From Escherichia coli (lineage in GTDB: Bacteria; Pseudomonadota; Gammaproteobacteria; Enterobacterales; Enterobacteriaceae), in assembly GCF_003334765.1 (NCBI RefSeq), contig NZ_QOWT01000058.1: a DNA stretch of 10,459 bases, one strand, 5' to 3'. The notes below the pieces were generated by a model that had not been told where the DNA came from, did no database searches, and saw only the letters and a list, made by a program, of their open reading frames with translations. Below are positions 1 to 5,941 of the stretch, piece after piece (position 1 is the first letter of the stretch; each line of letters opens with the position of its first letter). A program made the position numbers and the translations under genes.

Positions 1-77
1 ACCGAGAAAGACACTGAAGTTCAAAACACCGAAAGAGATAATTGAAAGGGGTGTTGCATTGACAGATTGAATCTACA
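1..77 (+). mobile_element. insI: IS30 right end, truncated by the window edge: the last 22 codons of the IS30 transposase plus the 26-bp terminal inverted repeat
   Basis: Frame 2 (2-70) reads PRKTLKFKTPKEIIERGVALTD*, which matches the IS30 transposase C-terminus as I remember it. Positions 52-77 (tgttgcattgacagattgaatctaca) are the reverse complement of the remembered IS30 left IR TGTAGATTCAATTGGTCAACGCAACA at about 23/26 positions. All three frames hit stops before or at the junction. Confidence 0.8.
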
Positions 78-1016
78 ACAGCGTATTTTGCACAGGAGTC
101 GCTGAAAAATACGCGTTAATCGAACAATGGCGACAACAATTTCCCATTGAAGCGATGTGTCAGGTATTTGGTGTATCCAGGAGCGGTTATTACAACTGGG
201 TACAGCATGAACCCTCAGACAGAAAACAAAGTGATGAGCGGCTAAAACTGGAGATTAAGGTGGCACATATCCGCACTCGCGAAACATATGGAACCCGGCG
301 GCTCCAGACGGAGCTGGCAGAGAATGGCATCATCGTTGGTCGTGACCGACTGGCACGTCTTCGTAAGGAGCTAAGGCTACGCTGTAAGCAGAAACGCAAG
401 TTCAGAGCGACTACGAACTCGAACCACAATCTGCCAGTTGCGCCAAATCTGCTGAACCAGACGTTCGCTCCTACAGCACCAAATCAGGTCTGGGTGGCGG
501 ACCTGACGTATGTTGCCACACAGGAGGGATGGTTGTACCTCGCTGGCATCAAAGATGTTTATACGTGCGAAATTGTCGGCTACGCCATGGGAGAGCGCAT
601 GACAAAAGAGCTGACAGGTAAAGCCCTGTTTATGGCGCTCAGGAGCCAGCGCCCACCTGCCGGGCTAATCCACCACTCTGATCGAGGTTCACAGTACTGC
701 GCATACGATTACCGGGTCATACAGGAGCAGTTTGGTCTGAAAACATCAATGTCGCGTAAAGGTAACTGTTACGACAACGCTCCGATGGAAAGCTTCTGGG
801 GAACGCTGAAAAATGAGAGCCTGAGCCACTATCGTTTTAATAACCGGGATGAAGCCATCTCAGTAATACGGGAATACATTGAGATTTTCTACAATCGTCA
901 GCGTCGTCACTCTCGTCTGGGGAATATCTCCCCGGCAGCCTTCAGGGAAAAATATCATCAGATGGCTGCTTAAAAAAAGAACAAATGGTAGTGTCCGCTA
1001 TTGCCAGTACACCTCA
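78..1016 (+). mobile_element. IS3-family (IS600-like) insertion sequence, 5'-truncated by the IS30 insertion. It retains the orfA tail, all of orfB and the right end.
   Basis: The orfA-type tail ...AYFAQESLKNTR* ends at 117-119, but that frame is closed upstream of ~72 and no A-AAA-AAG slippery site is present. The orfB frame is open from 71 and reads ...KYALIEQWRQQFPIEAMCQVFGVSRSGYYNW. The right end gtgtccgctattgccagtaca(cctca) has the GCAATAG-GGACAC core and terminal CA typical of IS3-group IRs. The exact end is either 1011 or 1016. Confidence 0.8.
155..973 (+). CDS. IS3-family OrfB transposase (rve/DDE integrase core). In an intact element it would be expressed as an OrfAB frameshift fusion.
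   Basis: 272-aa ORF with DDE-region motifs WVADLTY, HHSDRGSQY and CYDNAPMESFWGTLK. The reading frame continues upstream of the ATG as far as the IS30 junction. Confidence 0.95.
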   Translation: MCQVFGVSRSGYYNWVQHEPSDRKQSDERLKLEIKVAHIRTRETYGTRRLQTELAENGIIVGRDRLARLRKELRLRCKQKRKFRATTNSNHNLPVAPNLLNQTFAPTAPNQVWVADLTYVATQEGWLYLAGIKDVYTCEIVGYAMGERMTKELTGKALFMALRSQRPPAGLIHHSDRGSQYCAYDYRVIQEQFGLKTSMSRKGNCYDNAPMESFWGTLKNESLSHYRFNNRDEAISVIREYIEIFYNRQRRHSRLGNISPAAFREKYHQMAA

Positions 1017-1447
1017 CGCTTCCAGTCTTCGCGGTCGTTGTCGATAACTTCTTTTTTTGCCCAGCGATGGATGCTGCCGTCAATGTTTCCGGCATCCACA
1101 TCACTAGGCCAGAGAGCGTAGGCCAGTTCGTCATCCAGTGTTTTCCATGTCTGCTTGTATTCGCGATGAATGGCAGCAATGACCGGGCTGATTTTTCCTG
1201 TTGAATTTTCAGTGTACTGTTGATTGGCTCTGGCGCGGGCGAGATCAACAACAGACGTGTATTTTCCGGTTTCCTTGCGTTCACCTTCGCGACGTTTTTT
1301 CCAGATGCGCATCTCTGCCTGAATTTCGGGCCATTTAGCACCAGGAATACATTTATGCTTAACCCACCCAATGGCGTGCAACTTAAGCTCCGGATACGGG
1401 TTATTCCCCTCTGAACAGGCGCGTAAGGACTGGCAAAACGCCCGCAA
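998..1447 (-). CDS. Hypothetical protein whose 3' end is cut by the IS3-family element. The last ~5 codons and the stop are IS-derived. The start is uncertain.
   Basis: This 149-codon ORF has a balanced, charged composition (…WPEIQAEMRIWKKRREGERKETGKYTSVVDLARARANQQY…DREDWKR|EVYWQ*), unlike the overlapping alternative frames. Its stop (998-1000) lies inside the IS terminal repeat. The first start in the ORF track is a TTG at 1447, preceded by GAGAG; an internal ATG sits at 1312. I do not recognise the family. Confidence 0.4.
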   Translation of the reverse strand: MRAFCQSLRACSEGNNPYPELKLHAIGWVKHKCIPGAKWPEIQAEMRIWKKRREGERKETGKYTSVVDLARARANQQYTENSTGKISPVIAAIHREYKQTWKTLDDELAYALWPSDVDAGNIDGSIHRWAKKEVIDNDREDWKREVYWQ

Positions 1448-1637
1448 AAAACTCTCGAGGGCAAAGGTGAAGAAACCTGCTGTGGTTGATCCGGACCTTA
1501 TCTGGTCATCACCTGACGGAGAAATACGTCGCTACGACAGTCGCCTAAACATAATCTGTCGCGAGTGCCGGAAGAGCGAAGTTATGCAGCGCATACTGGC
1601 TTTCTATCAGGGTAATTTTCAGGACGTGGCGCAGTGA
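1371..1637 (+). CDS. Ren-like protein; only the C-terminal part resembles lambda Ren. The start is uncertain (ATG 1371, or GTG 1467 preceded by GAGGG).
   Basis: The C-terminus ...NIICRECRKSEVMQRILAFYQG aligns with the remembered lambda Ren C-terminus ...NLVFKECRQSAAMKRVLAVYG at about 10/21 identities plus conservative changes. The stop overlaps the next gene's start as GTGA (1634-1637). The N-terminal 77 nt overlap the minus-strand ORF. Confidence 0.5.
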   Translation: MACNLSSGYGLFPSEQARKDWQNARKKLSRAKVKKPAVVDPDLIWSSPDGEIRRYDSRLNIICRECRKSEVMQRILAFYQGNFQDVAQ

Positions 1638-2123
1638 GTGCACCGGCAACCATTCTTGATATGTGCTGTGGCAGCCGCATGTTCTGGTTCGATAAGTCTG
1701 ACGAACGGGCGATATTCAGCGATATCAGAAAAGAAGGATACACATTACGCAATGGGAGACGCTTGATTATCAGCCCTGACATTATCGCAGATTTTCGTGC
1801 ATTATCATTTGCAGACGCATCTTTTTCGATGGTTGTATTAGACCCTCCGCATCTTGAGAGTGTTGGTGATAACGCCTGGATGGGAAAGAAATATGGACGG
1901 CTGAATAAAGATGCCTGGCGTGATGATTCGCGACAGAGATTTAAAGAAGCCTTTCGGGTGTTGAGGCCGCACGGCGTTCTGATTTTTTAATGGAATGAAA
2001 CGCAAATACCGGTAAGCCAGATTCTGGCACTGACAGACAGAAAACCTGTTATCTGTCAACGAACAGGGAAAAAACGATAAAACCCACTGGATTATTTTTA
2101 TGAAAGAGGCATCCAGTGAGTAG
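1634..2123 (+). pseudogene. SAM-dependent DNA methyltransferase (N6-adenine type, DPPH motif IV), interrupted by an in-frame TAA and probably by a later frameshift
   Basis: The motif I-like segment is ILDMCCGSRMFWFD and motif IV is VVLDPPH. TAA at 1988-1990 falls in ...HGVLIF*WNETQIPVSQILALTDRKPVICQRTGKKR*. At the A6 run (2069-2074), one fewer A would read on as ...GKNDKTHWIIFMKEASSE*, stopping at 2121-2123. Confidence 0.6.
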
Positions 2124-2252
2124 ATTCGTAAGGCTACAGATACGTATATCTGAATAATTAAATTCAGTTCTGTAAATAAAATTTAATCCTTAACCGGATG
2201 GATTTCTGCACCCTCAGAACATCAGGAGGCCGCCCGAAAGGGCGGTAGTGAA

Positions 2253-2435
2253 ATGCGAAAGTTCAAAATTATTATTGAAACGGGAATAGCTGGTGGAGAT
2301 TTTGAGGATGTATTCGAAGTGGACGATGACGCAACACCTGAGGAAATTCATGACGGAGCATAAGAAATTTTCTTTAACTACTGCAATTACTCATACCACG
2401 AAATAAAAGACGATGAGGAAGAACAAAGTGGCTGA
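2253..2435 (+). pseudogene. Small acidic phage ORF of 60 codons with an in-frame TAA at codon 37
   Basis: Reads MRKFKIIIETGIAGGDFEDVFEVDDDATPEEIHDGA*EIFFNYCNYSYHEIKDDEEEQSG*. The TAA is at 2361-2363. The 3' end overlaps the next ORF's start (GTGGCTGA). Confidence 0.45.
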
Positions 2436-2604
2436 TTTTTGTTCAGCTAAATATAACATCAGTTTTGAAGAGCGGGATGAACTATTAATGGACTATGGTG
2501 AGTTACGCGGTGGAAGTGCTGCTGATGTCGAATCCTAGCGTGATGACTATGAAGCGGGAAAAACTCCGGTCGAAGCATATTGTGATGAGTGGGGCGATGA
2601 ATGA
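2428..2604 (+). pseudogene. Small phage ORF with an in-frame TAG. The start is GTG 2428 or ATG 2413.
   Basis: Reads VADFCSAKYNISFEERDELLMDYGELRGGSAADVES*RDDYEAGKTPVEAYCDEWGDE*. The TAG is at 2536-2538. The stop overlaps the next start as ATGA (2601-2604). Confidence 0.4.
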
Positions 2605-2888
2605 GCGAGATTAATTATCAGGAAGGGCATGAAACGGCGGGGCAAGCAAAACCAGTGGCATGGCGATATCGCTACGTGAAAAAAGGCGTTACGGACTTTC
2701 AGGGGAAGTAGTGGTCTGGTGACTGGAAATATGTACCGAAAAAAGAGGATTGTAACGACAGGCCGAACTATCAAATTCAGGCCTTATTCACTGCCTCACC
2801 AGTCCCAGTTACATCAGAAGAACTGGTTAAAGCTGTGCACTTTTATGAACAACTAAAACGCGAAAATCCACCAACATCCGGCAACTAG
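2601..2888 (+). pseudogene. Small phage ORF of 95 codons with an in-frame TAG at codon 37
   Basis: Reads MSEINYQEGHETAGQAKPVAWRYRYVKKGVTDFQGK*WSGDWKYVPKKEDCNDRPNYQIQALFTASPVPVTSEELVKAVHFYEQLKRENPPTSGN*. The TAG is at 2709-2711. Confidence 0.45.
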
Positions 2889-3142
2889 ATTAATGGATTA
2901 ACTATGTCGGTTAAACGACCAGCCAACTGAAAAAGCGGAAACCTGATTACAGGTTGCCAGATAAGGCAATGAGCTACCTGGCGCGGAACGGACTGATAAG
3001 TATGGGGAATGTTTTACGATGAACCTTTAGACTAAAGAGTTTGTAACGCTATGTAAGTGATTTTTTCTGGTTTAGATATTTATATGTCCGGCCAAATTGA
3101 GGTGTGTTTAAATGTAATTGCACATTGATTGTAGGAGGAATA

Positions 3143-3322
3143 ATGAAAAACGCATTGCAGTTTTTGTTTGTTGCGTTCTGGTTGTTCGCATCATGTATGC
3201 CCATCATCTTCACAGCAAGGTATATGGAAAAAGTTGATGTTTTGATATTAATATTTGGATATATAAATGCCCTTTTTTTAGGGGTGTTCATGGCGGTCAT
3301 GTGCATTGAATACTGGCGGTAA
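3143..3322 (+). CDS. Small two-transmembrane-helix protein (59 aa), a moron-like accessory gene
   Basis: AGGAGG at 3133-3138 lies 4 nt before ATG 3143. The product is MKNALQFLFVAFWLFASCMPIIFTARYMEKVDVLILIFGYINALFLGVFMAVMCIEYWR, with two ~20-residue hydrophobic spans separated by a charged loop. The gene sits in a visibly AT-rich patch (~3040-3330). The ATG at 3104 from the ORF track has no SD. Confidence 0.6.
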   Translation: MKNALQFLFVAFWLFASCMPIIFTARYMEKVDVLILIFGYINALFLGVFMAVMCIEYWR

Positions 3323-3382
3323 ATACAGCGAACTCCATTGGTTTAGTTGGATATTTACTGTGCTGGACAAAAACGGTTTGCG

Positions 3383-3596
3383 GGGAAATCTTAGTTAAGT
3401 AGAATGACTGCGGGTGCTTGAGGCTATCTGCCTCGGGCATGGACACCAACGGCAGATAGAGAAAAGCCCCAGTTAACATTACGCGTCCTGCAAGACGCTT
3501 AACATTAATCTGAGGCCAATTTCATGCTAGACACATGTAGGTTAGCCTCTTACGTGCCGAAAGGCACGGAGAAGCAGGCTATTGTTAACACCAAGC
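3383..3596 (+). other. Hairpin-dense non-coding segment, a possible structured RNA or remnant, ending at the IS junction
   Basis: No ORF looks credible in any frame. There is a 9-bp stem at 3424-3432/3451-3459. A 5-bp stem at 3483-3487/3494-3498 is flanked by direct TTAACATTA copies (3473-3481 and 3499-3507). A 37-nt composite hairpin at 3544-3580 carries a GAAA tetraloop (AGCCT-CTT-a-CGTGCC GAAA GGCACG-gag-AAG-c-AGGCT). Confidence 0.3.
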
Positions 3597-5212
3597 TGTA
3601 ATGTCCCCTTTGAACCATTCTAAAATGTCCCCAGACAATTCTCTGGGGGATTTTTCATGATCAAAGAGACTGTTACGATGAGTCATAAGGAACTCCACCG
3701 ACTTCAGATTATTCAGGAACAAGCTGCGGCACGCATTGGCATTTCTATTCGGCAGGTTAAACGTCTGGTGCAACGGTATAGAAATGAAGGGCCTTCTGGT
3801 CTGGTTTCCCACCGACGTGGAAAGCGTCCTAATAATTCCTTTTCTACTGAATTCAGAGCAACAGTAATTTCACTCCTCAAAGGCCGTTACGCTGATTTTG
3901 GACCTACGTTTGCGTGCGAAAAATTGCGCGAGATACACGGTTTATCTTTATCCGTTGAAACTCTCAGAAAGTGGATGATAGAAGAGGGGTTATGGCGTGA
4001 ACGCCGTCGTAAAATTGCCCGTATATATCAACGCCGCATGCGACGACCATCTTACGGTGAACTGATCCAGATTGATGGCTCACCTCATGACTGGTTTGAA
4101 AATCGAGGCCCCAGATGTACACTGATCGTTTTCATTGATGATGCCACCAGTGCGTTGATGGCGTTGCGTTTTGTGCCTGCTGAAACAACCCGGGCTTACA
4201 TGGAAACCCTCCGGGGTTACCTTAATGATCATGGCGTACCGCTCGCTCTCTACTCTGATAGACACAGTATATTCAGGGTAAATAACCCAGAGCGGGAAGG
4301 TGAGCTGACCCAGTTCACTCGTGCGATAAAGACACTGGGCATCGAGCCAATCCATGCCAACAGCCCGCAGGCAAAAGGGCGGGTAGAGCGCGCCAATCAG
4401 ACACTACAGGACAGGCTGGTCAAAGAAATGCGGCTTCAGAATATCAGTGATATTGAAACAGCAAATGCATGGTTGCCGACCTTTATTGAAGCCTATAACA
4501 ACCGGTTCGCTACGTCGCCTCGTACTACTGATAATGCTCATCTTGATGTGCACCATTCTGAAGAGGAACTGGGTTATATCTTCAGCCTACAGGCGAAGCG
4601 CGTTCTGTCTAAAAATCTCACTTTCCAGTACAAAAGCAGTGCGTTTCAGGTACGCAGTGAGGGCCGGGGATATCGACTTAGGCATTCGGTTGTTACTGTA
4701 TGCGAGAACTTTGACGGTGAAATTAACGTTCTGTATGACGGGAAAGCGCTGGGCTGGGAAAAGTATGTTGATGGCCCGGAGCCTATACCACTGGATGATG
4801 AAAAGAGTGTCCATGAACGAGTGGATAATGCCCGTATTGATTTACGCTCAAAATACTATGTTAAACCTAAAGCTGACCATCCCTGGCTTACGCGCCGAAC
4901 GCAAAGTCATCAGCAAGTTAAGCCCCCGAAGTTACCTAAAAAGAAGCCTGATCCCGATAAAAAAGATTGAAACCAAGATCGATTCGGTTGAGTGCATATC
5001 CATTCATAGGGTAGATTCTTAAGTCGCGTTTCTGGTGTTCATTTTCGGGTGGTTTGTTACTTGTTTTACCGGGGATATGCCAGAAACGCGCTGAGTCAGT
5101 CTGGGCGGTGCGCGTAATGAGGCGTTATGGTAAATAGCCTATGCTAATGTCCGCTAAGAGCAAGAAGCGGAAGTTGGCAGTTTTGTGGACTGTCCCCACA
5201 AAAGTGACTACA
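3597..5212 (+). mobile_element. ISNCY-family (IS1202-group-like) insertion sequence; the boundaries are approximate
   Basis: It carries a single long DDE transposase ORF. The candidate ends are TGT... (3597) and ...ACA (5212), giving 1616 bp, which matches what I recall for the IS1202 group (TGT ends, 1.4-1.7 kb). The terminal repeats are only imperfect: TGTAATGTCCCCTTTG versus reverse-complement TGTAGTCACTTTTG, with a 2-nt gap. I found no flanking direct repeat. Confidence 0.5.
3657..4970 (+). CDS. ISNCY/IS1202-like transposase with an N-terminal HTH and an rve-type DDE core
   Basis: 437-aa ORF. The N-terminus MSHKELHRLQIIQ...GISIRQVKRLVQRYRNEGPSGLVSHRRGKRPNN is typical of proteins annotated as ISNCY family transposase. 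The DDE-region motifs are LIQIDGSPHDWF, ALYSDRHSIF and GRVERANQTLQDRL. GGGGGA lies 6 nt before ATG 3657; an alternative ATG is at 3678. Confidence 0.9.
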   Translation: MIKETVTMSHKELHRLQIIQEQAAARIGISIRQVKRLVQRYRNEGPSGLVSHRRGKRPNNSFSTEFRATVISLLKGRYADFGPTFACEKLREIHGLSLSVETLRKWMIEEGLWRERRRKIARIYQRRMRRPSYGELIQIDGSPHDWFENRGPRCTLIVFIDDATSALMALRFVPAETTRAYMETLRGYLNDHGVPLALYSDRHSIFRVNNPEREGELTQFTRAIKTLGIEPIHANSPQAKGRVERANQTLQDRLVKEMRLQNISDIETANAWLPTFIEAYNNRFATSPRTTDNAHLDVHHSEEELGYIFSLQAKRVLSKNLTFQYKSSAFQVRSEGRGYRLRHSVVTVCENFDGEINVLYDGKALGWEKYVDGPEPIPLDDEKSVHERVDNARIDLRSKYYVKPKADHPWLTRRTQSHQQVKPPKLPKKKPDPDKKD

Positions 5213-5368
5213 GAAATAGTTGCAATTCATAATTGATCATGGGTTGTCAGTTAAACTCGTGGCGATTTAAATAGACTAATTGGGAGTGCGTCCATTACTT
5301 ATATCTTGTAATGTTAACTATCAGAAATGATACAAAGATAATATGTCTTTAAAGAAAAGGCTGATGGC

Positions 5369-5392
5369 GAAAAGTGGCCCGATGAGGGCCAC
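5369..5392 (-). terminator. Rho-independent terminator downstream of flxA
   Basis: On the minus strand it reads GTGGCCC-tcatc-GGGCCAC followed by TTTTCGCC, starting 15 nt after the flxA stop. Confidence 0.6.
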
Positions 5393-5406
5393 AATACGGC
5401 TGTCAC

Positions 5407-5739
5407 TTAGACGTAAATATCAATGGTGCCAGCGGTATTTGTATCGTCTTTTTTCTCTTCTTTTTTATCAGGCTGAACTGTCGCGTCTTCATTCTTTTTC
5501 TCTGCCTGCTGCCTTAACAACTGCTCCAGTTGAGCCCAGAGGCTTTCAATTTGCTTCTGTACCAATGCAGCCATTTCTTTTTTCTGCTGTGTCGTCATCC
5601 CCTCTTCCGATGAGATTTTCCCAAGCTTTTCAGTCAGCACCTGAATTTGTCTTGTGATTTTGGCTATTTCTGATGTTCCTTCCGGGGCGGAGTTGTTTGA
5701 AATAACGGTTGAGGTATTTCCCTGAATTGTGACAGACAT
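5407..5739 (-). CDS. flxA: FlxA, a Qin prophage protein of the FliA regulon
   Basis: The 110-aa ORF MSVTIQGNTSTVISNNSAPEGTSEIAKITRQIQVLTEKLGK... matches K-12 FlxA as I remember it. It is preceded by a near-consensus sigma28 promoter. Confidence 0.9.
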   Translation of the reverse strand: MSVTIQGNTSTVISNNSAPEGTSEIAKITRQIQVLTEKLGKISSEEGMTTQQKKEMAALVQKQIESLWAQLEQLLRQQAEKKNEDATVQPDKKEEKKDDTNTAGTIDIYV

Positions 5740-5762
5740 AGATTTCTCCTTTTAAAAAAGCA

Positions 5763-5789
5763 CTATCGGCATGCACAAAAAAATCTTTA
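5763..5789 (-). promoter_or_regulatory. Sigma28 (FliA) promoter of flxA
   Basis: The minus strand reads TAAAGATT (5789-5782), then 11 nt, then GCCGATAG (5770-5763). The consensus is TAAAGTTT-N11-GCCGATAA. Confidence 0.8.
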
Positions 5790-5870
5790 ATCGTATTTCT
5801 TGTGTCATTAATTGTTTGATGTTCAGATTGTTTTCCTCGCGGGCTGGCGCGCCTCAGAAAGTAAAGCTTG

Positions 5871-5898
5871 TTGACAGGGGTAAACGTTCGGCAATAAT
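5871..5898 (+). promoter_or_regulatory. Candidate strong sigma70 promoter on the plus strand, in the flxA-ydfV intergenic region and reading antisense into ydfV, toward relBE
   Basis: TTGACA (5871-5876), a 16-nt spacer, then AATAAT (5893-5898). A 10-bp palindrome CCGCATGCGG follows at 5905-5914. Confidence 0.4.
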
Positions 5899-5941
5899 TT
5901 TCTGCCGCATGCGGGTGTTGCATAAAACGTGTTACGTTCCT

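Noticed and set aside
970-1464. A 164-aa minus-strand ORF in a second frame over the same region as 998-1447, plus the plus-strand ORFs 1001-1204 and 1220-1414
   Set aside because: Their compositions (Cys/Phe/Leu/Arg-rich runs) look non-coding compared with the 998-1447 frame. The 970-1464 ORF would also run deep into IS sequence.
2889-3040. Several tiny ORFs (MSVKRPAN*, MSYLARNGLISMGNVLR*) and a 6-bp hairpin AACCTG-atta-CAGGTT, which might be remnants of another nin-region gene
   Set aside because: They are too short and too fragmented to assign. No continuous frame can be reconstructed with one or two corrections. The region is probably decayed filler.
3544-3580. A hairpin resembling group II intron domain V: an AGC-containing lower stem, a bulge on the 3' strand and a GAAA tetraloop
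   Set aside because: The arm lengths (15 and 18 nt) and the 1x3 internal loop plus an extra bulge do not fit the canonical 34-nt D5 (14 nt, tetraloop, 16 nt with a 2-nt bulge). There is no GUGYG 5' end, no convincing D6 and no intron-encoded RT in the window. I kept it only as part of the generic structured-segment finding.
4447-5022. A 191-aa plus-strand ORF, together with the minus-strand ORFs 4080-4355 and 4587-4814
   Set aside because: These are alternative or antisense frames inside the transposase gene, whose own frame carries the recognisable DDE motifs.
3471-5319. A 12-nt inverted repeat AGTTAACATTAC (3471-3482 and the reverse complement of 5308-5319) bracketing the IS, which might mark larger element ends
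   Set aside because: There is no extension of identity beyond 12 nt. The motif is AT-rich, and a few 12-mer matches are expected by chance among all pairs in a 10-kb window. The positions do not coincide with any plausible element termini.
5343-5657. A 104-aa plus-strand ORF
   Set aside because: It is antisense to flxA and spans the flxA terminator, so it is a shadow ORF.
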